The translations under genes were made by a program, and so were the position numbers. Under the pieces are notes generated by a model. It worked only from the letters and a program-made list of their open reading frames with translations, had not been told where the DNA came from and searched no databases. Of a stretch of 64,000 nt of DNA, positions 1-7,433 are shown piece by piece. Location of the stretch: positions 102,733-166,732 of the forward strand of contig JADHMO010000003.1 of NCBI GenBank assembly GCA_016779995.1. Reading direction: 5' to 3'. Position 1 is the first letter of the stretch, and every line of letters begins with the position of its first letter. The stretch is from Flavobacteriales bacterium. Lineage in GTDB: Bacteria > Bacteroidota > Bacteroidia > Flavobacteriales > UBA7312.

Positions 1-2
1 TA

Positions 3-341
3 CTTGCGTTAGTATTAGCAGTATGCTCTGTGATATGGTCAGATAAATTATATACACTAGTTTGCTTTAGCCTAACTTCAGTTTCTCTTTTTATATTATC
101 TATTTATCAGCCAAAATGGATAGGTTCTTTTTTTAGAACATATTTAGTTTCCTTAGTTCCTTTTTTAATCATCAACGGGTTTTTAACAGGCAGTTTCAAT
201 GAAACACCCATAGTCAGTTATAGCTCAAATCACATAATTGGCACAAGAATTCTGAATATTCCTATTGAAGATAGTCTGTATTGTTTGTTGATGCTTTTGA
301 TAGTAATTGCTGTTTATGAAAGAAAATCGACATTAAAATAA
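3..341 (+). CDS. lycopene cyclase domain-containing membrane protein (CrtYc/CrtYd type), 5' end cut by window edge
   Basis: Frame is open from the first bases of the window to TAA 339-341. Hydrophobic multi-TM sequence with NIPIEDSLYCLL, resembling the PxE(E/D) motif of heterodimeric-type lycopene cyclase domains. Family recalled from memory only. Confidence 0.5.
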   Translation, partial: LALVLAVCSVIWSDKLYTLVCFSLTSVSLFILSIYQPKWIGSFFRTYLVSLVPFLIINGFLTGSFNETPIVSYSSNHIIGTRILNIPIEDSLYCLLMLLIVIAVYERKSTLK

Positions 342-394
342 ATATATAAATGTCATTTTCACTTATAGACTTAATATTTTACATTATGTTAGTG

Positions 395-423
395 TTGTTT
401 TTACACTTTTTAGCATATATTTG
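395..423 (+). promoter_or_regulatory. candidate Bacteroidota sigma-A promoter for the pfkA cluster
   Basis: gTTG (395-397), 18 nt, then TATATTTG (416-423). This matches the TTTG / TAnnTTTG (-33/-7) consensus. It lies about 20 nt upstream of the proposed ATT start of pfkA. Confidence 0.4.
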
Positions 424-443
424 CTAAAAATATACATTTAGAC

Positions 444-1415
444 ATTAAAAAAATTGCAATCATAACATCAGGAGGAGATTCTCCAGGCATGAATGCTGCG
501 CTTAGAAGTGTTGTTCGTTCAGCCAATTATCACGGCATAGAGTGTGTTGGTTTTTTTCGTGGTTATCAAGGTATAATAGAAAATGATTTCAAGCCGCTTA
601 AAATGCGTTCAGTGAGTAATATTCTTGAACTTGGCGGAACTGTTTTAAGAACAGCACGTTCTTTAGATTTTCATAAAGCTGAAGTTCGAGAAAAGGCTTA
701 TCATAATTTAAAGTTACAGAATATTGATGCATTAGTTGTTATTGGCGGTAACGGATCAATTACTGGTGCTAATATTTTTGGTAAACAATTTGACTTTCCA
801 TGCGTAGGTATTCCCGCTTCAATAGATAACGATATATATGGCACTGATTGTTCTATAGGTTTTCAGACAGCTTTACAAACCATAGTTGAGTCTGTGGATA
901 AAATTAGAGATACTGCCCGTTCTCACAATCGATTATTCTTTGTCGAAGTGATGGGTAGAGACAATGGTAATTTAGCACTTTATTCAGCCATTGCTTCTGG
1001 AGCATGTTTTGTAATAATTCCAGAAAAAGGATTTGAGATAAAAAATCTAGCCGAGCGATTGAAAACCGGAAAATCTTTGAGAAAATCATCTAGTATTGTA
1101 ATTGTAGCAGAAGGGAATAATTATGGTCCTTCCTATAAAATTGCTGAAGACTTAACAGAAGTATTTGATGAGTACGAATCTAAGGTTACTATTCTTGGAC
1201 ACTTACAAAGAGGAGGTTCGCCGGTGGTAATGGATAGGCTAATAGCAAGTCGATTAGGTTTGTCAGCAGTTCAAGCATTAATGTCTGAAAACTACGGCAA
1301 TATGGTTGGTATAATTGAAAATGAAACCGTATTGATTCCTATGCAAGATGTAGTAGATAAACAGAAAAATATAAACGAAGATTTATATAAGTTAAACAAA
1401 ATTATTTCAAGATAA
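444..1415 (+). CDS. pfkA: ATP-dependent 6-phosphofructokinase; start upstream of the first ATG, probably ATT 444
   Basis: Collinear with E. coli PfkA along the whole length (PGMNAA, SIDNDIYGTD, VEVMGR, LGHLQRGG). The essential N-terminal KKIAIITSGGDSPG is encoded at 447-488, upstream of the first ATG (489). The frame is open back to TAG 411-413 with no ATG/GTG/TTG. Confidence 0.9.
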   Translation: MKKIAIITSGGDSPGMNAALRSVVRSANYHGIECVGFFRGYQGIIENDFKPLKMRSVSNILELGGTVLRTARSLDFHKAEVREKAYHNLKLQNIDALVVIGGNGSITGANIFGKQFDFPCVGIPASIDNDIYGTDCSIGFQTALQTIVESVDKIRDTARSHNRLFFVEVMGRDNGNLALYSAIASGACFVIIPEKGFEIKNLAERLKTGKSLRKSSSIVIVAEGNNYGPSYKIAEDLTEVFDEYESKVTILGHLQRGGSPVVMDRLIASRLGLSAVQALMSENYGNMVGIIENETVLIPMQDVVDKQKNINEDLYKLNKIISR

Positions 1416-1416
1416 A

Positions 1417-2427
1417 ATGACAAAAATTAAAGTAGCAATTAATGGATTTGGAAGAATAGGAAGGAATTTTTTCCGTCAAGCTCTCGAATCTGATAATATA
1501 GAGGTCGTAGCAATTAACGACTTAACAGATGTAAAAACTTTAGCACATTTATTAAAGTATGACTCTACGCATGGCGTATTGACTAACAACGTTAGTCCTT
1601 CGGACAACAAGATTTTAGTTGATTCTACTGAAATACCAGTTTATTCATGCCCTAACCCTCAAGAATTACCTTGGAAAGCATTAGATGTTGATGTAGTATT
1701 AGAGTCTACAGGCCGTTTCTTAAATAACGAACAAGCTTTACAGCACGTAATAGCAGGAGCTAAAAAAGTTGTTATTTCAGCACCTTCACCTGACGCCAAA
1801 ACAGTCGTGTTGGGTGTAAATAATGAGGTGATTACTGATGAAGATTTTGTGTTTTCAAATGCTTCTTGTACAACCAATTGCTTAGCACCTATGGCAAAAG
1901 TTATCAACGATAACTTCGGTATTAAATCCGGTTATATAACGACTACACATGCTTTTACGGCAGACCAAAGTCTTCAAGATATGCCTCACAAAGATTTGAG
2001 AAGGGCACGTTCAGCAATGAATTCTATTATTCCTACAAAAACAGGTGCAGCATCTGCAGTTGGTAAAGTATTACCAAGTTTAAATGGTAAATTGGATGGC
2101 ATAGCTTTACGAGTGCCTGTGGCATGTGGTTCAATTACCGATTTCGTATGCATTACTGAAAAAGAAACAACTGCTGAAGAAGTCAATAACTTGTTACAAG
2201 CGGCATCCAACACATCAATGCAAGGAATCCTAGCCGTTAGCTCAGAACCTTTAGTTTCTATTGACATTGTTGGTAGAAAAGAATCATCAATTATTGATGC
2301 AGAATTAACTAAAGTTGATGGGAATTTGATTAAATTAGTTTCTTGGTACGATAACGAAACTGGATACTCAGCACGTCTAATAGATTTGTGTTCAATCGTT
2401 ACCGAAAAAGAACTAACAAAAATTTAA
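1417..2427 (+). CDS. gap: type I glyceraldehyde-3-phosphate dehydrogenase
   Basis: INGFGRIGR Rossmann N-terminus, active-site SNASCTTNCLAP, WYDNE C-terminal motif. Begins 1 nt after the pfkA stop. Confidence 0.95.
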   Translation: MTKIKVAINGFGRIGRNFFRQALESDNIEVVAINDLTDVKTLAHLLKYDSTHGVLTNNVSPSDNKILVDSTEIPVYSCPNPQELPWKALDVDVVLESTGRFLNNEQALQHVIAGAKKVVISAPSPDAKTVVLGVNNEVITDEDFVFSNASCTTNCLAPMAKVINDNFGIKSGYITTTHAFTADQSLQDMPHKDLRRARSAMNSIIPTKTGAASAVGKVLPSLNGKLDGIALRVPVACGSITDFVCITEKETTAEEVNNLLQAASNTSMQGILAVSSEPLVSIDIVGRKESSIIDAELTKVDGNLIKLVSWYDNETGYSARLIDLCSIVTEKELTKI

Positions 2428-2431
2428 TTCC

Positions 2432-2848
2432 ATGAGTAAAATAGCAGTAATAGCCCACGATAATTTCAAGCCAAATCTTTTAGAATTCCTTAAGGGGAAA
2501 AAATCATGGTTTTTTGGTAGAGAGATTGTTGCTACGGGAAGAACTGCTGAATTTTTAGAAGCTGGCGATTTACATTTGCCTCTTTTGCACGTCAATAAAG
2601 GGTCCGATGGCGGTTACCTTCAGATTACTGAAATGATAAAAAATGGTCAAGTAGGTATTGTGTTCTTTTTTAGAGATGCAACTATTGTTCAGCCTTATCA
2701 TGAAGACATTAGTAAACTGTTGAATACTTGCGATTTGGAAAATATCCCATTGAGCACTAATCAGGCTGGAGCAGAATTGTTAATTATCGGTAAAATAAGA
2801 ATGGAAGCTTCTGAAAAAGCACAATCTAAACTCAATTCAAATCAATGA
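2432..2848 (+). CDS. methylglyoxal synthase-like paralog (divergent, catalytic Asp position replaced)
   Basis: MGS fold motifs IAVIAHDNFK, ATGRTA and FFFRD. GSDGGY replaces SGPxGGD and PYHEDI replaces PHxPD (by-eye alignment to E. coli MgsA). Confidence 0.7.
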   Translation: MSKIAVIAHDNFKPNLLEFLKGKKSWFFGREIVATGRTAEFLEAGDLHLPLLHVNKGSDGGYLQITEMIKNGQVGIVFFFRDATIVQPYHEDISKLLNTCDLENIPLSTNQAGAELLIIGKIRMEASEKAQSKLNSNQ

Positions 2849-3210
2849 GGATAGCAATTATTGCACACGACGGCACCAAAGATCGCCTCAGGGGTTTTAT
2901 ACAATCCAAAATGGACGTGATTTCTAATCATACCATCGTTTGTACTAAAAGTACTTCTAAAATTGTCAAAGAATTTAATTTAAATGTTAGTGCAGTAGAA
3001 TCTGGGCCACTAGGAGGAGATGCACAAATAGCTGCACAAATAGTAACTAATGAAATAGAGGCTGTTCTCTTTTTGAGAGATCCATTAGGAAAGCACCCTC
3101 ACGAACCAGACATAAACATGTTGTTGAGATTGTGCGATGTGTACCAAGTCCCACTAGCAACCAATTTTAAAACAGCAGGGATTTTATTAAACCATTTTAA
3201 AAACCTTTAA
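2845..3210 (+). CDS. mgsA: methylglyoxal synthase
   Basis: IAIIAHDGTK, SGPLGGDAQI, LRDPL, HPHEPDINMLLRLC and VPLATN match MgsA catalytic and structural motifs. Start overlaps the upstream paralog stop (ATGA). Confidence 0.85.
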   Translation: MRIAIIAHDGTKDRLRGFIQSKMDVISNHTIVCTKSTSKIVKEFNLNVSAVESGPLGGDAQIAAQIVTNEIEAVLFLRDPLGKHPHEPDINMLLRLCDVYQVPLATNFKTAGILLNHFKNL

Positions 3211-3214
3211 TAAG

Positions 3215-4153
3215 ATGAAAGTAGTAGGAGTAGATATTGGTGGAACAAATACAGAATTAGCTGTCGTAGATTCTAAAGATGGAATTCTAAAAGTGAGTGC
3301 TTTCAAAACTAAAGCAAGTGATTCCTTTGCTCAGTATATTGATGATTTAAGTTGCCAAATTGAAGCATTAACATTGGAGTATTCTATAGATTCAATTGGG
3401 ATAGGTGCGCCTAACTTTGATTCTAAGGCACAAACGTTTTGTCCAGTTAATTTCCCTTGGGACGACTTAAAGCCGTTTAATTTAAAAGCACACTTAGAGA
3501 GTTTATTGAGTATTCCTACCTTTTTAATTAATGATGCCAATGCATCAGCTATGGCTGAAAATCGTTATGGTTCTGGTAAAAAATACAAAGATTTTTCTCT
3601 TATTACAGTAGGCACTGGATTAGGTGGTGGTATTATTATCAATAATCAACTTTTTGAAGGTGCTTTCGGATATGCTGGTGAATTCGGTCATACCAAAATA
3701 GAGGGTTTAGATAGACAATGTAATTGTGGTGGTGTAGGATGTTTAGAGACGGTTGTTTCTGCTAATGGCATCAAAAAGTCATATGCTGTTAATATGAAAG
3801 AAATAAAAAGCAGTGTTCCTACTCAAATTCCTTCGGTTAAAACCATTTTTGATAAAGCTAAAAATGGAGATAAAAGATGTCAGGCGATTTTAAATTTCAC
3901 ATTTGAAAAGCTAGGACAAAAAATGGCTGATTTTATACATGTCCTGAATCCAGAAGCTATTATTTTCTGTGGAAATATTGCCAAGTCTATGGAGAGTTAT
4001 TTGCCATTAATTTCTGGTTTTTGCGAGGAGCAATTACTTGATGACTTTAAAGGTAAAATACACTACGGAATCTCCGAATTACTTGATGACAAAATGAATG
4101 TTTTAGGACCAGCCTCATTAGCATTTACAAAAGCTGAAGAGTTAGTTAGCTAA
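3215..4153 (+). CDS. ROK family glucokinase / sugar kinase
   Basis: DIGGTN ATP-binding N-terminus, GTGLGGG, and the ROK zinc motif GHTKIEGLDRQCNCGGVGCLE. Confidence 0.8.
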   Translation: MKVVGVDIGGTNTELAVVDSKDGILKVSAFKTKASDSFAQYIDDLSCQIEALTLEYSIDSIGIGAPNFDSKAQTFCPVNFPWDDLKPFNLKAHLESLLSIPTFLINDANASAMAENRYGSGKKYKDFSLITVGTGLGGGIIINNQLFEGAFGYAGEFGHTKIEGLDRQCNCGGVGCLETVVSANGIKKSYAVNMKEIKSSVPTQIPSVKTIFDKAKNGDKRCQAILNFTFEKLGQKMADFIHVLNPEAIIFCGNIAKSMESYLPLISGFCEEQLLDDFKGKIHYGISELLDDKMNVLGPASLAFTKAEELVS

Positions 4154-4162
4154 AACCTTTAT

Positions 4163-4858
4163 TTATTGTTGGTTGAATTTGTAAAGCTCAGCAGGTTTGT
4201 GAGAAACACCTTTTTGCTTTTCGTTGGTTTTCTTTAATATTCCTTTACTTATAATCTGTTTTCTGAAGTTTCTTTTATCAAGCTTTTCATCCAAGATGAT
4301 TTCGTATAGTTCTTGCAGTTGCGATAAAGTGAACTTTCTGGGTAGTAATTCTGAAGTTACCTCATGATTTATTTCTGTTCTCAAGAACTGAATAGCATCA
4401 TCAACAATTAAGTTATGGTCAAATGCCATTTCTGGAATATTTTCTATATCTGTCCAACATACATCGTGGGCAAAATAAGAGGCTTGAGGATTATAGTCTT
4501 CCATTCTAACAATAGAAACGTATCCAACTGTAATTACTCTTTCGTTAGGGTCGGATCTAAAATTTACTAACCACTCTTTATCTTTTTCTTCTTGTACACG
4601 TGTTGGGTTACCAAAGGTTTTGAATTGCTTAAGATATAAGTTGTCTAATTTTGTTAAGCTAAAAAGAATTCTATTGGCAGCATCGTCAATGTCTTCGTCA
4701 AGTTCAATGAGATCACCAGGAATAGCAAATTGAGTTTTCTTATGGTCTTGCTTTGAAAATGGATTTACCTTTTTTTCAATAGTTAAAACTTTTAGTTTTT
4801 TTTCAGTATCATTAAAACCGAAAATTACACAATCGACAGAAACATTAATCTTAGACAT
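4163..4858 (-). CDS. Nudix-related transcriptional regulator (NrtR-like: degenerate Nudix domain plus C-terminal winged-helix-like domain)
   Basis: The N-terminal half has a Nudix-fold pattern, but the Nudix box is degenerate (PGDLIELDEDIDDAANRILFSLTKL lacks RExxEE). The C-terminal about 70 aa (FTLSQLQELYEIILDEKLDKRNFRKQI) resembles the NrtR DNA-binding domain. Confidence 0.55.
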   Translation of the reverse strand: MSKINVSVDCVIFGFNDTEKKLKVLTIEKKVNPFSKQDHKKTQFAIPGDLIELDEDIDDAANRILFSLTKLDNLYLKQFKTFGNPTRVQEEKDKEWLVNFRSDPNERVITVGYVSIVRMEDYNPQASYFAHDVCWTDIENIPEMAFDHNLIVDDAIQFLRTEINHEVTSELLPRKFTLSQLQELYEIILDEKLDKRNFRKQIISKGILKKTNEKQKGVSHKPAELYKFNQQ

Positions 4859-4957
4859 ATTATTTTTAGTATTTAGCCAAATATATTAAATAATTAACAT
4901 AAAAAAAGGCTTTAAATGTCAAAATTACACTTTGAATATATAAAAACTAATAAAAAG

Positions 4958-5332
4958 TTAATTATTGACTTTATAATGAATAAATAGATTAGCCCAAATA
5001 ATTTTTGATAGATGGAATAAAAAAGGAGTACCAACAATCAAAACTGTGCCTACAAATAAAAGTATTTGAAATAAAGATGCTTGTAAATCAAGAATCCAGT
5101 TAGCTATATAAGTTGCAATGAAAATTGCTATGCCTATAGCGTATGAAACGTACATTGCCCCAAAATAAAAACCAGGCTCTTTGCTGAATTTTAATTTACA
5201 ATTGGGACAGTGTTTATGCAGTTCACCAATTTTTTTAAAGTTATATGCTGAAGAGATAAAGAAGTCACCTTCATGGCATTGAGGGCATTTAAATTTAAGA
5301 ATGCTAAATAATTTTGTTCCTTTTTTTATCAT
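4958..5332 (-). CDS. DUF983 family small membrane protein (zinc-ribbon plus 2 TM)
   Basis: CPQCHEGDFF...HCPNCKLKF followed by two hydrophobic helices. This is the typical DUF983 layout. Confidence 0.6.
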   Translation of the reverse strand: MIKKGTKLFSILKFKCPQCHEGDFFISSAYNFKKIGELHKHCPNCKLKFSKEPGFYFGAMYVSYAIGIAIFIATYIANWILDLQASLFQILLFVGTVLIVGTPFLFHLSKIIWANLFIHYKVNN

Positions 5333-6415
5333 TTAGGAAAGGTAAAAAACTAAGCCTAAAAAGCTAATGTAAAACCCAATTATAATTATTGATCGGTAAA
5401 AATTTATTCCTTTCAACCAATAAATTAGAGTAATAGGGATAGAGAATGCGATTAAAAATATAGACGATAAGAAAACAATGTTGTTGTTATTGCTTGTTGT
5501 AGTTGTTGATATGACATCTATACCGTTGACCAATAGATATACAAGAACGGGTAGTCCTATACCTATACAGATATCAAATATATTACTGCCATATGCATTC
5601 GAAAAAGAATCTTTATACTTTTCGTTTTGAGCATCTTTGATAGATAATATTGTATCTGGGATACTTGAGGCTACGGCAGCAATAAAAAAGGTAATGAAAA
5701 ATAAATTCAAATTCAGTTGCTCCGATAGGTGTTCACTACTAGTTACAAGTTCTTTACAAGCTAAGGAGATAATTACCAAAGAAATAAGTAAGATTAAACT
5801 AGCCTTCCAAGTGTTCAATTTAGATTTGTTTAATATTAATCCTGCAATATTAATATTGATTATCTTATAATAAAATCCAGTTTCTTGAATGTAATCTTCT
5901 TTGTTGTTTTGTGATGTACTGCCTTTATTTGTTACGCTTTTATCATTTCTTTTTTGAAAAACTAAAACAATATAAATACAATAAAGAACAATGAGAATTG
6001 TAGCAAGGTAAATAGATATACCGCCAAAGTATAGCCCTGCTAACAAGGCAATTTCTGTGATGATTAAGAAAAAGCCATCTTGTTCTATAATTTTTTTGTC
6101 AGTAGGGAACAAGGGAATGCCCTTCTTGTAATATATCACTAAGAATGATACGGCTGGTATTATTGTGATATTAAATATAGAGCTTCCAATAATGGTGGCA
6201 TAACCTGCTGAAAAACCCTCAAGGTCACCAATGTAAAAAAGAAAGAAAAAAGAAATGAGTAGCTCGGGTAAAGAACTCGCTATTGCATTTATAGTTGGTC
6301 CTTTTATTCCTTCGTTGAGATTACGAGTGAGGTAGGAAGAAGCAATGTCAAAGGATTCACTTGCTTTCCAAATTAAGTAAGTGGAGAGGCATATTAAACT
6401 TAATGATAATATCAT
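5333..6415 (-). CDS. sodium/calcium exchanger (CaCA family) membrane protein
   Basis: About 10 TM segments with two alpha-repeat motifs, GSSIFNITIIP and GSNIFDICIGIGLP, separated by a hydrophilic loop. Confidence 0.75.
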   Translation of the reverse strand: MILSLSLICLSTYLIWKASESFDIASSYLTRNLNEGIKGPTINAIASSLPELLISFFFLFYIGDLEGFSAGYATIIGSSIFNITIIPAVSFLVIYYKKGIPLFPTDKKIIEQDGFFLIITEIALLAGLYFGGISIYLATILIVLYCIYIVLVFQKRNDKSVTNKGSTSQNNKEDYIQETGFYYKIININIAGLILNKSKLNTWKASLILLISLVIISLACKELVTSSEHLSEQLNLNLFFITFFIAAVASSIPDTILSIKDAQNEKYKDSFSNAYGSNIFDICIGIGLPVLVYLLVNGIDVISTTTTSNNNNIVFLSSIFLIAFSIPITLIYWLKGINFYRSIIIIGFYISFLGLVFYLS

Positions 6416-6510
6416 TTTGCAAAACTATATAAATAAACGCACTTCTTTAATCTATTTTTATTTATCATATGTACTTGATAAGGCTAAATTATGTTGACCA
6501 AATGTTGACC

Positions 6511-6550
6511 AAAAAAAAAAGACCTAAAATCTACTAGATAAGAGGTCTTT
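6511..6550 (-). terminator. rho-independent terminator after tRNA-Phe
   Basis: Minus strand reads AAAGACCT-loop-AGGTCTTT followed by T10 (plus-strand A10 at 6511-6520). Confidence 0.6.
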
Positions 6551-6554
6551 ATTT

Positions 6555-6630
6555 TGGTGGTGCTACCAGGATTCGAACCGGGGACACAAGGATTTTCAGT
6601 CCTTTGCTCTACCAACTGAGCTATAGCACC
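6555..6630 (-). tRNA. tRNA-Phe (anticodon GAA), CCA encoded
   Basis: The reverse complement folds by hand into a cloverleaf: acceptor GGTGCTA/TAGCACC, D arm GCTC-AGTTGGTA-GAGC, anticodon arm AAGGA-CTGAAAA-TCCTT, T loop TTCGAAT, then ACCA. There is one C-U mismatch in the T stem. Confidence 0.93.
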
Positions 6631-6698
6631 TAAATAGGTGTGCAAATGTAAAAAAAATTCTATTGTAACAAATTATTTTCTCATGCTTTTGCTTTTAT

Positions 6699-6706
6699 TA
6701 ACTTTG
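6699..6706 (+). promoter_or_regulatory. candidate -7 box (TAACTTTG) for coaX
   Basis: Exact TAnnTTTG match ending 13 nt before the coaX ATG. No convincing -33 TTG at the expected spacing. Confidence 0.3.
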
Positions 6707-6719
6707 GAGCGTTTTTATT

Positions 6720-7433
6720 ATGAAAAAAATAACACTAGACGAAGGTAATACATTAGTTAAACTAGCTTTATTTGAGAATAATCAAATGGTGTTTAGGGAA
6801 AGTGATGTTAATTTGAAGCGTGTTGAGGAGTTGCTTTCACAATGCGATAGACTAATAGTTTCTACGGTCAAGAAAAACACACTTTTTGAGCCGCTATTAT
6901 CAAGTAAGTATGCTATTTCTTTAAATTCTTCCACACCTTTGCCTATTACGAATTGTTACGAGACGCCTCATAGTTTAGGTAACGATAGAATTGCATTAGC
7001 TGTGGGAGCAATGGCGAATTTCCCTAACAATAATGTGTTAGTTATCGATGCGGGTACTTGTATAACCTATGATTTTATTAACTCTAAAAAAGAGTATTTA
7101 GGGGGTAGTATTTCACCAGGGATACAGATGAGATATAATGCATTGCATCAATTTACAAGCCAATTACCTTTGTTGGAAAGTGTAGATGCAGCTAAACTTA
7201 CAGGAGCTAATACTGAGGAGTCTATTCATTCTGGAATAATAAATGGTGTCCTTGTTGAAATAGATGGAATAATTCAACGTTATACAAATCAATATCCTGA
7301 TTTAAAAGTAATAGTTACTGGTGGCAACGCTAAATTCTTTGATAAGGGATTAAAAAACACCATATTTGCAAACCCAAATCTATTGATGGAAGGGTTAAAT
7401 AAAATTTTAGATTATAATGAATCATATTTTTAG
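6720..7433 (+). CDS. coaX: type III pantothenate kinase
   Basis: LDEGNT N-terminus, GNDRIALAVGA, VIDAGTCITYD, GGSISPG. Size about 240 aa. Confidence 0.85.
   Translation: MKKITLDEGNTLVKLALFENNQMVFRESDVNLKRVEELLSQCDRLIVSTVKKNTLFEPLLSSKYAISLNSSTPLPITNCYETPHSLGNDRIALAVGAMANFPNNNVLVIDAGTCITYDFINSKKEYLGGSISPGIQMRYNALHQFTSQLPLLESVDAAKLTGANTEESIHSGIINGVLVEIDGIIQRYTNQYPDLKVIVTGGNAKFFDKGLKNTIFANPNLLMEGLNKILDYNESYF

Noticed and set aside
904-2595. Small antisense ORFs inside pfkA, gapA and the MGS paralog (904-1089, 1659-1907, 1986-2267, 2413-2595). Similar ones occur inside other conserved genes (3331-3540, 5637-5870, 8031-8261, 9354-9593, 12782-13009, 43511-43957 and others).
   Set aside because: All are embedded in strongly supported genes on the opposite strand or in another frame, and none shows a recognisable motif or an independent start context.
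6491-6512. Direct tandem duplication ATGTTGACCAA-ATGTTGACCAA next to the tRNA-Phe terminator.
   Set aside because: There are only two copies of an 11-mer in an intergenic AT-rich region, with no associated ORF, inverted repeat or att-like context (no integrase nearby). This is too little to call a regulatory or mobile-element feature.
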